Positions 10,126 through 20,077 of a stretch of 64,000 nucleotides of DNA are shown here, piece by piece. Each line of letters opens with the position of its first letter. Positions within the stretch are counted from its first letter, which is position 1. The DNA comes from an uncultured virus (IMG/VR IMGVR_UViG_3300009154_000046) (lineage: Duplodnaviria; Heunggongvirae; Uroviricota; Caudoviricetes), in the IMG/VR virus record IMGVR_UViG_3300009154_000046, positions 1-64,000 of that record. One strand, written 5' to 3'. Position numbers and translations under genes: made by a program. The notes beneath the pieces are model-generated. The model saw nothing but the letters and a program-made list of their open reading frames with translations. It did not search any database and was not told the DNA's origin.

Positions 10126-10482
10126 TTATTTTGTTCCGTAATGGTCTTCAAATTTGCCACACACTATTCTATGTAACATTGTATGTAATGTATCATAGAA
10201 GATAGGCATATGTTTTACTATATCAATATTTATCCAAGTATTCCACGTTTGAGGTGATACTGAATTAGTATCTCTATATGAACTAAATGCTATTCTATAT
10301 CTATTACCAAATTCGGATGATTCGTACTCACGTCTTACAATTGCTTTGTAGCTTATACCTTGATACCGTATCGAAAATGTATAATTATATATATCCATAC
10401 CCACATCGGTAACAATAGGATAGATTGTAGGATTGCCAGGCGGAGTCCATCCTTTTAATTTTTCTATGTTTTCTATTTTCAT
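10126..10482 (-). CDS. hypothetical protein
   Basis: ATG 10482 (MKIENIE) preferred because it avoids overlap. Confidence 0.6.
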   Translation of the reverse strand: MKIENIEKLKGWTPPGNPTIYPIVTDVGMDIYNYTFSIRYQGISYKAIVRREYESSEFGNRYRIAFSSYRDTNSVSPQTWNTWINIDIVKHMPIFYDTLHTMLHRIVCGKFEDHYGTK

Positions 10483-10486
10483 TGTT

Positions 10487-10825
10487 TTAAACTCTATAAT
10501 GAACGTAATTTGAGATAATAATACCATCTAAAAATCGGCACCATGAGTGCATATCGTTTAGAACTTCATGTCTAACATTCGTTTCCGATATTTTTAAATT
10601 AATACCAAGGCTATAATCAGCTGCCCATACTTCAACTGGCCAGCCTGGCATAAAATCTCGCTCTCCACCAAGTTTTACAGACCATTCAATATCTTTATAT
10701 AGAAATTTAAAAAAGTATTTACCACCTACTTCATCCCAACACTCAACCATTTGCTTTTCGTGATTTCTAAAAAAATTATTTGCATAATCATTAAATTTCC
10801 AAAAGTTTTTTATAACCAGTTTCAT
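10487..10825 (-). CDS. hypothetical protein
   Basis: ORF in array. Confidence 0.6.
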   Translation of the reverse strand: MKLVIKNFWKFNDYANNFFRNHEKQMVECWDEVGGKYFFKFLYKDIEWSVKLGGERDFMPGWPVEVWAADYSLGINLKISETNVRHEVLNDMHSWCRFLDGIIISNYVHYRV

Positions 10826-10866
10826 TTTATATGAGTTTTATTTAATTAAACATAACTGTAGTATAT

Positions 10867-11196
10867 TTATTCTGGTCCCTCATCTTCTGTTGGGATAGAA
10901 TCTTTCCAATCGTCTTGTGTTAGTATTGAGTTAATGTATTGTTCTTTTATAGGAGCATCATAATCACGTCTTTCATAATTTCTTTCTTGATATTCTCTGC
11001 TTACACCTGCTACAAAAGCATCACTAATTACTTGTTCCAGTTCTTCTCTACTTAGAACATATTTGTTTGTTTCTTCTTTAACTAAACCTTTATTTGTAAA
11101 TCCTTGATTGATTGTATAAATCTCATCTAAATAATCAGGTAGTTCCTCAGCCAAAGTTACAGGTACAAATACCTTGTCTGTTATTGTTAGTTTCAT
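10867..11196 (-). CDS. hypothetical protein
   Basis: AAACAATG start context. Confidence 0.6.
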   Translation of the reverse strand: MKLTITDKVFVPVTLAEELPDYLDEIYTINQGFTNKGLVKEETNKYVLSREELEQVISDAFVAGVSREYQERNYERRDYDAPIKEQYINSILTQDDWKDSIPTEDEGPE

Positions 11197-11318
11197 TGTT
11201 TAATAGTTTTGATTATTTCTCAATTTTATTAGTATTTAGGAGTTTTGATTGTTTGGAAAATAATATTGTATATAATTTACGTTTGGTTGGATATATACTA
11301 TCCCAAAAGAGTGCTGTA

Positions 11319-11528
11319 TCATTTTTTATTCAATTTATATTTTTTCTGAAAATGATATTGAAGCCATAAAACATAATCTCTAAAGTAAAATATAATTAAT
11401 AAATTAAATCTCATTTTATTATTTTTATACCTAACTCTTGGTATATATTTTCTAACCCAATCAAAATCTTTAAATATTCCACAATTAAAGTTTTTGTATT
11501 CAAACGACCTTATTGATTTTGCAGACAT
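11319..11528 (-). CDS. hypothetical protein
   Basis: short ORF in array. Confidence 0.5.
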   Translation of the reverse strand: MSAKSIRSFEYKNFNCGIFKDFDWVRKYIPRVRYKNNKMRFNLLIIFYFRDYVLWLQYHFQKKYKLNKK

Positions 11529-11530
11529 AA

Positions 11531-11944
11531 TTAATCATTTTTTACTTTTAATACCACCCAATTCTTTGTAGTGTCTATGTTGTTTGCTTTTAGAAAGGAA
11601 TCCCAACTCTCTAATGCTGTATTTATAGTTTCATATTCACTTGTATAAGAATGGTAAGTATTTCTTTTATAAGGTTTTACTACATAAATTATTTGTTCAA
11701 CAAATGGCTCAACATCTTTATCAGTTAATGTAGATGTAGTTCCAATGATTTCAAAATTATCTGCATTATATTTAGAATCTTCCATTATAGTAATGTCAGT
11801 AAATCCATCTTCTTGTTCATAAACTAAACATATATCATTTTGGAATCCATTTATATAGTCATCTGATAATTTAAAATCATAAGCATCTAAAGGAACTTCA
11901 ATTAGTATTAATGTATCTCCTTTATGTGTTGTTATTTTATTCAT
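11531..11944 (-). CDS. hypothetical protein
   Basis: AAACAATG start context. Confidence 0.65.
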   Translation of the reverse strand: MNKITTHKGDTLILIEVPLDAYDFKLSDDYINGFQNDICLVYEQEDGFTDITIMEDSKYNADNFEIIGTTSTLTDKDVEPFVEQIIYVVKPYKRNTYHSYTSEYETINTALESWDSFLKANNIDTTKNWVVLKVKND

Positions 11945-12107
11945 TGTTTATTTTTTTATTATACAATTTAGCTATTTTAAACCAAAACTCACCTTCTACT
12001 AAATCTTTTACTCCAGCTTTTCTTGTTCTTTCAATTTCTGCTATTGTAAGATTTTTTTTATCTAATTCAATATAACATTCAATAAATGTTTTTTCTTTTT
12101 TATTCAT
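11937..12107 (-). CDS. small hypothetical protein (56 aa, not in ORF track)
   Basis: MNKKEKTFIEC...KKINNE*, translated by hand; overlaps both neighbours. Confidence 0.6.
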   Translation of the reverse strand: MNKKEKTFIECYIELDKKNLTIAEIERTRKAGVKDLVEGEFWFKIAKLYNKKINNE

Positions 12108-12324
12108 TGTTTAATAGTTTAAAATAATTTGATTTTGGTTGCATATTCATTATTTTTTCAACTTCTTTTTTATTAGAAGGACAATACATAACAAAACAAT
12201 TCTTTATTTGAACTTCTAATGCTTTAAGTTTTTCAAAATCATTATCAACAAGTCCTAATAACATTTCGGTCTGACCTTTACTTCTATTTATTTGTTGTGA
12301 TAACCATTGTAATTTGTTATTCAT
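12100..12324 (-). CDS. hypothetical protein
   Basis: coupled start and stop. Confidence 0.6.
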   Translation of the reverse strand: MNNKLQWLSQQINRSKGQTEMLLGLVDNDFEKLKALEVQIKNCFVMYCPSNKKEVEKIMNMQPKSNYFKLLNNE

Positions 12325-12521
12325 TGTTTACTTTTTTTCTTTTGATGATACTCACCTTTTTCATCTTGATACCAATCCCCTACTTTTAAAGATTCATAAT
12401 TTTCACACCAGCTACACTTAAAATTCTTAGTATCATTTTCTTTTGATGAATAATGTATATTGGGATTTGAATAGTCCTTAAATACTTGTTTTTTACAAGA
12501 CGTGCATTTTATATAACTCAT
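12321..12521 (-). CDS. small Zn-ribbon protein
   Basis: CTSC...CSWC. Confidence 0.6.
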   Translation of the reverse strand: MSYIKCTSCKKQVFKDYSNPNIHYSSKENDTKNFKCSWCENYESLKVGDWYQDEKGEYHQKKKSKQ

Positions 12522-12530
12522 TTTGTTAGT

Positions 12531-13049
12531 TTATTCATTGTTTAAAATTTTAATAGCTTTTTCAGCATCTGATTGACTAAGTCCCTCTGTTGGATGTGTA
12601 TGTATAAAATATGGATGTTGGGTTAATAACATATCATTATCATCATCTAATATGACATAGGTATAATCTATACCAACTCTTTTTTTAACATAAGCCCCAG
12701 TACTATTTTCTCTACAAATGTAATTATCAATCCAATGTTTTATTTCTACACCTCTTGGTATAGACATAGGGAATCCTTTTTCTATATGTTTATACCCTCT
12801 GATAGTAACACCAACTATTTTGCCACCAAATCTAAAATTAGCATTGGTTAGTTTTATTACAGTTTCTTCAACGTTATGTTTTCTCCAACTGCTGCTAATA
12901 ACTAACTTAGCATTTGTTTTTTCCAAGATGTTTCCTAATAGGTCTTGCTTACTATCAACCAATCCCCACATTCTATCCTCTGTTAAACTTTCTGGGGTGG
13001 CAATTACTCCATCTATATCAAGAAATATGTACTTATCCATTGTTTCCAT
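12531..13049 (-). CDS. HAD-family protein, Swiss-Army-Knife RNA-repair type
   Basis: FLDIDGV, ISSSWR, RGVEI, YVILDD motifs. Confidence 0.8.
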   Translation of the reverse strand: METMDKYIFLDIDGVIATPESLTEDRMWGLVDSKQDLLGNILEKTNAKLVISSSWRKHNVEETVIKLTNANFRFGGKIVGVTIRGYKHIEKGFPMSIPRGVEIKHWIDNYICRENSTGAYVKKRVGIDYTYVILDDDNDMLLTQHPYFIHTHPTEGLSQSDAEKAIKILNNE

Positions 13050-13338
13050 TGTCTATATCATTTAATTCCTTTAATGTTCTAAAAAAGGCTGTAACAGCTT
13101 TAGGGTTAGCTTTGAGATAATTAGTATTGTCTAATGTACCAGAATTACTAAAATTAGTTTGACTATAATCTTTTGTTGAAACTACACTATCAAGTATAGG
13201 ACTTCTACTTGGTGGTAAGCCAGTTAATTGATTTATGATTTTACTACCATTACATACAGTGCATATTGGAATATTAGAATGTATTCCTATTGTTGGTTCT
13301 ACACCACTTCCTTTACATTGGGGACATTGTTGCCACAT
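13033..13338 (-). CDS. DnaJ-like zinc finger protein
   Basis: CPQCKGSG...CTVCNGS. Confidence 0.6.
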   Translation of the reverse strand: MWQQCPQCKGSGVEPTIGIHSNIPICTVCNGSKIINQLTGLPPSRSPILDSVVSTKDYSQTNFSNSGTLDNTNYLKANPKAVTAFFRTLKELNDIDNGNNG

Positions 13339-13426
13339 AGTTTTATTATTTATTAGTTACTCCTCCTGAAATATATCCTACTATTTTACCACCTATAACA
13401 ATAGGCTGCCATATTTGTATCATTGT

Positions 13427-13654
13427 TTACTTTTTAAATGTTATTGTATCCCCTACTGAATATTTGTTACAACTGTCTTTAAAATAAGAATATTGTCCTC
13501 TATTTATAATATAACCATATTCACATATATTATTTCCTTTATATTGTACTGATGTTATCTTACATTCAAAAGGTTCTATTTTTGTACTATCTGGAATGTC
13601 ACACCCAATAGTAAACATAGATGCAATAAGTAGTGTTGTTAGTGTTCTTTTCAT
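13427..13654 (-). CDS. small lipoprotein
   Basis: signal peptide with TIGC lipobox. Confidence 0.6.
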   Translation of the reverse strand: MKRTLTTLLIASMFTIGCDIPDSTKIEPFECKITSVQYKGNNICEYGYIINRGQYSYFKDSCNKYSVGDTITFKK

Positions 13655-13665
13655 ACCTTGTTTTA

Positions 13666-14220
13666 TTATAGTGTTAAATATTTTCTACAGATGTCTGCTT
13701 GTTCCTTTAAAGATTGTTTTCGAGCTGCAACACGAGTAGCAACACGAGTAGCATCAGCAGCAGTAGCAGCAGCATAAGCAGCAGCATAAGCATAAGCAGC
13801 AGCATAAGCATCAGTAGCAGCAGCAGCAGTAGCAGCAGCAGCATAAGCAGCAGCATAAGCATCAGTAGCAGCAGCACGAGCAGCACGAGCAGTAGCATGA
13901 GCAGTAGCATGAGCAGCATGAGCAGCAGCAGCATAAGCATCTAATTCTTCTCTACTTATCTTACCTTCACCAAACTGGATAGCTGCATCTATTGCATTTA
14001 TACTATGTTCATCTCGCATAAGATTCCTAACAGTATTAACACAATGACCCTTGGCAAGAGTTAATTCTCGTAAGTTGTCAGGATAGAGTTTTGCATATGT
14101 CCATAACATCCAATCGGCTCTTTCACATGTTGCAAATGCTTCTTGCAACGTTTTATTCCCTAACCAATTTAGAGCTTCTTCACAAGCGTTAATCGCTTTA
14201 AGTTGTTCTTTAAATGTCAT
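13666..14220 (-). CDS. Ala-rich low-complexity protein
   Basis: ACEEALNW...RADWMLW N-terminus, long poly-Ala tract, QADICR end. Confidence 0.7.
   Translation of the reverse strand: MTFKEQLKAINACEEALNWLGNKTLQEAFATCERADWMLWTYAKLYPDNLRELTLAKGHCVNTVRNLMRDEHSINAIDAAIQFGEGKISREELDAYAAAAHAAHATAHATARAARAAATDAYAAAYAAAATAAAATDAYAAAYAYAAAYAAATAADATRVATRVAARKQSLKEQADICRKYLTL
13722..13940. repeat. imperfect (GCA)n-based tandem repeat encoding the Ala tract
   Basis: gcagcagca/gcataagca units. Confidence 0.9.
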
Positions 14221-14371
14221 AACTTGTTTGTTTTAATTTTCATATTCGTTATTACAGCAATCACATCTATAATAATACTGGTTGCTAAATCCCCATACTA
14301 TTTTATAGAATGTTTTAAATTCCTGGCAAAATTTACAATATAAGTGTTTCATTAATTACTTATTTATATAC

Positions 14372-14403
14372 TAAAGATAAGGACTTTATCTTGATTTACC
14401 AAC
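14372..14403 (-). promoter_or_regulatory. Bacteroidota-type promoter
   Basis: GTTG-N20-TATCTTTA. Confidence 0.55.
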
Positions 14404-15126
14404 TTTAAATTCAGAATTTTCATAAATTAAATATTCTCCGCTGCTACCCTGTGTATCGATGAAGTAGTATTTTCCTCCGGTTGATTTGCCCTTGATGTCA
14501 ATTTGTGATTGATGGGTATGCCCAACTACTTGGATTAAGTCCTTCTTTAGTACACTCTCCTTATTTGCCTTCATTAAGTAGTCGGGTCTAATCCATATTG
14601 GTGTCTGACCTTCACTGTTTCCGTAGTTATCTCCAAATCGAGTCGGAGTAAAACAAAACAGCTTTGGTTTGTGTTTAAACAATTCGTTTAGGTCTGCAGC
14701 TAGTGTATCTATTGACCATTCTCCTAATTCCAATTCTCGGTATGTATTATCCATAAATACACTTGATACGCCAGCATGTGTACACAATATGTTTTCAAAC
14801 TGATAGGCCATTTGTAGGTGTTCTCTATTCTCGTCTACTACCTGTATGATAGAAGGTGCTAGATTATATTGATAGCCACTAGTACCCGTATAACCTATTT
14901 CTGGGAGGTAATGATGATCGTGATTACCAATTAGCAGCACTACTTCTTTACCAGATGTCTTCTTATATTCAATAATCTCTTTGAAGTTATGAATTTGGTC
15001 TACACCCGGTATATCAAACGAATCAAAATAATCTCCAACAAAGATTACTCTATCAGGATTTTCTTGATGCACCATTAGTTTCCAGGTTGCCCTACCGTGT
15101 ACGTCTCCTATAAAAATTGTTTTCAT
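14386..15126 (-). CDS. metallophosphoesterase
   Basis: GDVHG, GDYFD, GNHD, HAG, VGHT motifs. Confidence 0.9.
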   Translation of the reverse strand: MKTIFIGDVHGRATWKLMVHQENPDRVIFVGDYFDSFDIPGVDQIHNFKEIIEYKKTSGKEVVLLIGNHDHHYLPEIGYTGTSGYQYNLAPSIIQVVDENREHLQMAYQFENILCTHAGVSSVFMDNTYRELELGEWSIDTLAADLNELFKHKPKLFCFTPTRFGDNYGNSEGQTPIWIRPDYLMKANKESVLKKDLIQVVGHTHQSQIDIKGKSTGGKYYFIDTQGSSGEYLIYENSEFKVGKSR

Positions 15127-15428
15127 AATTTATTTTTTTTAAATTGTTCAAAATTATACATAGCATGTAGCTTGTTTTCTGATATTTGGTGGAATGGTAC
15201 TTTCATAAGCTCACTAATATAACAATAAGTGTCGAAAGCAAAATTAATTATATCTTCTTCGGTAAATGTATTTTTCATCCCACACCTATACCCATGCATC
15301 CAATATTCTCTTTCACTTAATGTTCCTTCATTGTTCATATTCTCCCATGCTTGTTCGGCTTGTAGTTTCTCTTTATGTCTCTGTAGCTTTCTCTTAGTAA
15401 TAGCTTCTTCACTCATGTCTGCTGTCAT
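15123..15428 (-). CDS. hypothetical protein
   Basis: ATGA overlap; FEQFKK end shared with other small ORFs. Confidence 0.6.
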   Translation of the reverse strand: MTADMSEEAITKRKLQRHKEKLQAEQAWENMNNEGTLSEREYWMHGYRCGMKNTFTEEDIINFAFDTYCYISELMKVPFHQISENKLHAMYNFEQFKKNKL

Positions 15429-15784
15429 AATTTATTTAATTTAGATTGTCCTATTGTATACACTTGATGAAAGTCTTCCCATTCTTCAGGTGTTAGTTCT
15501 AATAATCTTTCTCCAACACTTCTTAATTCCCAGTCTTCACTACCCTTTTCTATAAAAGCAATAACAATACAAGTTTCTGGTAAGATAAAAGAACCCTTTG
15601 AAATACTACTTCCTCCTTTCTGTAAAAAATTATCACCAAAACTATCTACATACCCATCTTTTCTGTATTCTTCTTCTTTACCAAAATAAATATTTGTATA
15701 CCATTTTACTATTTCATATAATGGTTTTTTAGTTTTAGTAGATGTGTATTCTCTAAATTCAAGATTGTTTATTCTAATTTTCAT
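15425..15784 (-). CDS. hypothetical protein
   Basis: ATGA overlap. Confidence 0.65.
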   Translation of the reverse strand: MKIRINNLEFREYTSTKTKKPLYEIVKWYTNIYFGKEEEYRKDGYVDSFGDNFLQKGGSSISKGSFILPETCIVIAFIEKGSEDWELRSVGERLLELTPEEWEDFHQVYTIGQSKLNKL

Positions 15785-16020
15785 AACTTACTTATTTTAT
15801 ATTCTACTTTATCAATTAATTCACCTGGTAATCCATCACAATAAAATCTACCCATCCCAAACTTTTCTTTTATTTGTGTAAACTTAAAGCCTGGGTATGT
15901 AATAAACTTTTCAAATTGTCCGTCTAACCATTTGATAAATTCATCATCTCCTAAACTTAATCCATAATGTCCTTCTTCTAAATAATCTTTATATTTTTCG
16001 TTAAATTGTTCTATTGTCAT
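15781..16020 (-). CDS. conserved phage hypothetical protein
   Basis: QIKEKFG.RFY motif. Confidence 0.65.
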   Translation of the reverse strand: MTIEQFNEKYKDYLEEGHYGLSLGDDEFIKWLDGQFEKFITYPGFKFTQIKEKFGMGRFYCDGLPGELIDKVEYKISKL

Positions 16021-16026
16021 AATTGT

Positions 16027-16332
16027 TTATTTTGTTTCAAATTCTTTTTTAAGTTTTAGATACTCTGTATATCTTTCTTCTGTACGTTTAGCTTTTAATG
16101 CTTCCAAATGAAGTTTAAATTGTTTCTTTTCTTCTTCTGTTTGTTCTCTATAATGAGTTATAACTACATGGGTTTCTCCTTCATCCCAACCACTATTACC
16201 AAATTCTCCTCTTTCAACATTTATCATTATGTTATTCTCAGGTATTAATAACTCTGGAGGTAGATCAGAAATAGGTATAGAAACTCTCTCTCCACGATAT
16301 GTCTTTTCAAATAATGTTGCTGTTATTTTCAT
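16027..16332 (-). CDS. hypothetical protein
   Basis: ORF in array. Confidence 0.6.
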   Translation of the reverse strand: MKITATLFEKTYRGERVSIPISDLPPELLIPENNIMINVERGEFGNSGWDEGETHVVITHYREQTEEEKKQFKLHLEALKAKRTEERYTEYLKLKKEFETK

Positions 16333-16366
16333 AATTCTAATATTTTATTCTGTTTTAAATAACTAT

Positions 16367-16591
16367 TTAATCCAATTCTTCCCATTGACCTTTTACACCT
16401 AATAAAAATGCTTCTTCAACTGTAATATTTTTAGGAAAGTATAATACATGTGTTTGTTTATATTCACCCATTAATCCTCCACCTTCTAAAGTCCATTTAC
16501 ATAAACAAGGATATTCTTTTGGGTAATTTTTAATTTGGTCTTTTGAATATGGATAAAATTCTTCAAATTCTTTTTTATTATTAATTTTCAT
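16367..16591 (-). CDS. hypothetical protein
   Basis: ORF in array. Confidence 0.6.
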   Translation of the reverse strand: MKINNKKEFEEFYPYSKDQIKNYPKEYPCLCKWTLEGGGLMGEYKQTHVLYFPKNITVEEAFLLGVKGQWEELD

Positions 16592-16911
16592 ATTTTATTT
16601 TTTAGTAAATAATCATCTAATACAGATGTGATTGATTCTTTGTCAATCCAAGTAAAGTCCTGAATAGATTTAGTTGGGCACTCATCTTGAGTAAGTATAT
16701 TAGCATTATCAGCAGCTTTATCTAATAACTCTTTACCAAATTCTCTTTTGAATTGTTCAAATTCTTCTGGTGTGAAACAATAGCAATTCATTTCAACTAA
16801 ATCTTGAATATATTTTCCATTAGAATTACATAATGTAAATCCATTGTATTCTTCATTAAATACTGAGTCTGTAAATTCTACATATACTTCTTGTATTTTA
16901 GGTTGTATCAT
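16588..16911 (-). CDS. hypothetical protein
   Basis: ATG 16911 (MIQPKIQE) preferred over the TTG start. Confidence 0.6.
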   Translation of the reverse strand: MIQPKIQEVYVEFTDSVFNEEYNGFTLCNSNGKYIQDLVEMNCYCFTPEEFEQFKREFGKELLDKAADNANILTQDECPTKSIQDFTWIDKESITSVLDDYLLKNKI

Positions 16912-16913
16912 AA

Positions 16914-17075
16914 TTATTCTATTAATTGATAAATGTATAATGTTTTGGTTTTCCAAGCCTTAACATATTCTCTTGCTTTTTCTAAAGTAGAAATAGGATT
17001 ACTAAGTTGAGATAACCCATCATTTTCAGAAATTTCAAATACTACATAACTATTCTCTTGTTTAGGTTGTATCAT
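16914..17075 (-). CDS. small hypothetical protein (53 aa, not in ORF track)
   Basis: MIQPKQENSY...IYQLIE*; same start sequence as the next gene. Confidence 0.55.
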   Translation of the reverse strand: MIQPKQENSYVVFEISENDGLSQLSNPISTLEKAREYVKAWKTKTLYIYQLIE

Positions 17076-17344
17076 AATTGTTCAATATAAAGTTTAAAAA
17101 GTTGTTCTGTTGTTAAAATAGTAACATGTCCTAAATTAAACCAAATGTTATCAATTAACATATATTCATTAATATTTAGCCATTCAGCAAATGCTTTACA
17201 ATGTCTTTCTATACTTTCAAAACATTTTTTAGTTGCCGCATCAACATCTAATTCTCTTATACATTCATCTTCACCATTAAAAAAGAATCCATCAAGATAA
17301 TTACTTTCTATTGACCATTTAAGTTCGTGTTCTATTTTATTCAT
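17072..17344 (-). CDS. hypothetical protein
   Basis: ATGA overlap. Confidence 0.6.
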   Translation of the reverse strand: MNKIEHELKWSIESNYLDGFFFNGEDECIRELDVDAATKKCFESIERHCKAFAEWLNINEYMLIDNIWFNLGHVTILTTEQLFKLYIEQL

Positions 17345-17550
17345 TGTTTAATTTTATTTAATCAGGTAATTTATTCCATTGGCCGGTTACTAAGTACCAA
17401 GTCAATTCCAATACTTCGGAGTAACACATACGTTCTTCAAACAACCACATTATACTTCCCATTAATACCGTGATGGGACATAAGATAATTCCAAATGGTA
17501 TTCTTATTATTCGCTTCATAATTTTTATTTTTTATTTTTACAGGCCATCT

Positions 17551-17859
17551 CTAAAAAGGTACCTGCAGGTAACTATCATGTAGTATTTCTCCTCCAATCG
17601 CATCTACTGCATTATCTATATCAGCAAACCAATCCCCTGCTACCTGACTACCACTACCAAAACGGTAGCAAACGAAGCCGTATTCATTAAGGGTTGGACT
17701 TCTATCTAATCGAACCAGTACTGAGTCACCCACTCCATTCTGGCACCCAAAGATGTATTTATCAAGGATTACATCTGCAAAATAGATGTACCAATCCGTA
17801 TAGGGTATCCGCCGACCGATTATCTTTGTTAGATTTGTTATATACAATTCACTACTCAT
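17551..17859 (-). CDS. hypothetical protein
   Basis: ORF in array. Confidence 0.6.
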   Translation of the reverse strand: MSSELYITNLTKIIGRRIPYTDWYIYFADVILDKYIFGCQNGVGDSVLVRLDRSPTLNEYGFVCYRFGSGSQVAGDWFADIDNAVDAIGGEILHDSYLQVPF

Positions 17860-17873
17860 AACGTTTTGTTTTT

Positions 17874-18113
17874 TTATTTAATGGTTTCTTCGTAACCGGT
17901 CTTTCCTACCTGTTGAGTTGTACTGGTCTCGCCCTTATTCGTAAAGTAATGAGGAATGCTCCCATCGTAGAATCGGTACACCTTTATACCATCGTGCTCG
18001 AATAGGAGGTCTACCTTAATTCCATTGCCTTCTATATTTGTGGTTTGTGGTTCTTTGTAACATCCCGTAATCCCCATTGCCGCAATAATTGCTACCCCTA
18101 ATAACTTTTTCAT
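17874..18113 (-). CDS. DUF4884-like lipoprotein
   Basis: ITGC lipobox; LLFEHDGIKVYRFYD motif. Confidence 0.7.
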   Translation of the reverse strand: MKKLLGVAIIAAMGITGCYKEPQTTNIEGNGIKVDLLFEHDGIKVYRFYDGSIPHYFTNKGETSTTQQVGKTGYEETIK

Positions 18114-18257
18114 TTTGTTTGGTTTATTTATTTATTAATTTATTAATTTATTAGGCACTGGTAGTACCTTAAAAGCATTTTATTTAAACTATCAAGAAAT
18201 TTTCCTATTTAACGACTGGTCTCCCCAGCCCCTCCGAATGTTTCGTTATAGTATTGT

Positions 18258-18485
18258 TCATAGCTTTATTATTTCTTGCTTAACTTGTTGATAATATTCA
18301 ATTCCAAATTTATTATATTTTTCATTTACTGTATTCAATCCTTCCAATACTACATCAACTGATATTAAAGCAGATTGTTTTGAAAGTAGACTTACTATAA
18401 TTTCGTTTCCATAATCTTCGCCATCATTCATAAATAACATTCTATATCTATGTACTAATTCTTCTGCTTTTTGTTTTGGTATCAT
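18258..18485 (-). CDS. hypothetical protein
   Basis: PKQKAEELV...YYQQVKQEI family pattern. Confidence 0.65.
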   Translation of the reverse strand: MIPKQKAEELVHRYRMLFMNDGEDYGNEIIVSLLSKQSALISVDVVLEGLNTVNEKYNKFGIEYYQQVKQEIIKL

Positions 18486-18706
18486 TGTTTATTTATTTTA
18501 TTATTATGTAATTCTACTATATATTCTGCCATAGCTTTATTAATTGATGCCGATGAAACTATACATACTTCTTCTATATCATCTTTATCAAATTTAATAG
18601 GAACTTTTGGAACAATCAATCTACACCAACATTGTTCTCCCGAAAAGCAAGGTTCTACTTTCCATTCTACTTCTAATGCTTGTTTATAAGCCTCTTGATA
18701 TGTCAT
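18482..18706 (-). CDS. hypothetical protein
   Basis: CFSGEQCWCR, AEYIVELHN. Confidence 0.65.
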   Translation of the reverse strand: MTYQEAYKQALEVEWKVEPCFSGEQCWCRLIVPKVPIKFDKDDIEEVCIVSSASINKAMAEYIVELHNNKINKQ

Positions 18707-18709
18707 TGT

Positions 18710-18979
18710 TTATTTATTAAAATTTTGATTGTAATATTTTTCACCACTTATGTATTCTTCTTGTTTCTCTTTGAGCATCGCAACTCCAAAACTGAAACCT
18801 TTGTCGTAAGCATCAATTATCTGCTGCTCAAACATTTTATTAGCTTGTTCTAAAATTTCTTTTCTCCTAACCCAATAAGTTTCTCTACTAATTAAAGTCA
18901 TATCAAACTCTACATCAAGTCCAATTATTTTATCATTAAGCCATTCTACTGTTGGCATTTGCTTATTCATATTCTTCAC
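18710..18979 (-). CDS. hypothetical protein
   Basis: TVEWL...EQQIIDAY...YYNQNF pattern. Confidence 0.6.
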   Translation of the reverse strand: MKNMNKQMPTVEWLNDKIIGLDVEFDMTLISRETYWVRRKEILEQANKMFEQQIIDAYDKGFSFGVAMLKEKQEEYISGEKYYNQNFNK

Positions 18980-20075
18980 GATTTATTTTGATTACATAAG
19001 GAAAACGGGGTATACCTGCTGGTGTTAAGTTAAAATATTTTATAGTTGCCGATTTACCAATTAGCTTCTTACGGTCTTTCAACATTTGTGCGGTTTCTTC
19101 AAACGTACCCTTTACATTTGATTTGAAAGTTTGGCCATCTTCCGTTTGGAATACCATATATCCACACGTACCAGTCCGATTACCTTCGCCTTCCACTACA
19201 TCAATAATTTCGTATTCATCGTCCTGAAATGATTTGTGTTTCAGCAGAAACTTACTACGTTTGTTTTCGTACATATCATTCACTCTTAACATCTGTCCCT
19301 CATAGCCCTGCTCCATATACATTTCGTACAACTTCATTAACATAGTTTCATTAGTTGCTAATCTAGTATCTACAACCACACACTTCGTATTACGGAATAC
19401 CTTATCATGCTTTTCCATAATTGCCAACTGATTCTGTCTGCCGAAGAAATTCGTTTTGTAACTTGGTAAATCGTAAATATGATACTCAATAACGTCTGCA
19501 CTCTCTTTAAGTTCATCAGCCGTTGGTTTGCTTTTCTTTACCAATGAAACAATTTTGTTGAAATCATTAGCCAACTTATCACAATACAATTCCCCATCAA
19601 ATATCAATTCAGGATTTGCTTCAAACAACGGCTTAAGCCCTTCAAATATATGTGGCGCTGATAAGATTGGTTTGCCATTACGAGTCCACATTCCGTCCTC
19701 TTTAACGATACAACGAATACCATCAAGCTTTGGTTGAGAATGTATTGGAAACTCCACTTTGTGTTTTTCATCATTCCAATCTTTAGCCAACATCGGTTTA
19801 AAGTATTGTGTTTCATCAATGTTACTAATCGTTTCATAGTAACCACGCTCCAACTTCAACTTGCGTTTTGCTTCAGCCTCTTTCATTGCTTGCTCTTTAT
19901 CGGTAGTTTCATTTGCTCTACCGGCGTTCTTACCGAACACTACAGTCCATTCATTGATAACTTTCTTACCGTCAGTCTGACCTGATATGGTGCGATACTT
20001 ATTACCCACTACTTCAATAGTCCACTCTTGCGTTTTACCTGTCTCTGTTCTTTTGTAGATAGTTGCTAATTTCAT
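18963..20075 (-). CDS. ATP-dependent DNA ligase
   Basis: PMLA, PKLDGIRC (motif I), FDGELY, YEGQMLR, LLKHK, PRFP. Confidence 0.93.
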   Translation of the reverse strand: MKLATIYKRTETGKTQEWTIEVVGNKYRTISGQTDGKKVINEWTVVFGKNAGRANETTDKEQAMKEAEAKRKLKLERGYYETISNIDETQYFKPMLAKDWNDEKHKVEFPIHSQPKLDGIRCIVKEDGMWTRNGKPILSAPHIFEGLKPLFEANPELIFDGELYCDKLANDFNKIVSLVKKSKPTADELKESADVIEYHIYDLPSYKTNFFGRQNQLAIMEKHDKVFRNTKCVVVDTRLATNETMLMKLYEMYMEQGYEGQMLRVNDMYENKRSKFLLKHKSFQDDEYEIIDVVEGEGNRTGTCGYMVFQTEDGQTFKSNVKGTFEETAQMLKDRKKLIGKSATIKYFNLTPAGIPRFPYVIKINREEYE

Positions 20076-20077
20076 AT

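Noticed and set aside
13722..13940. Possible CRISPR array
   Set aside because: Trinucleotide-based coding repeat with no repeat-spacer periodicity; no cas genes seen
13707..13944. Poly-Leu and poly-Ser ORFs
   Set aside because: Alternative frames of the Ala-codon repeat
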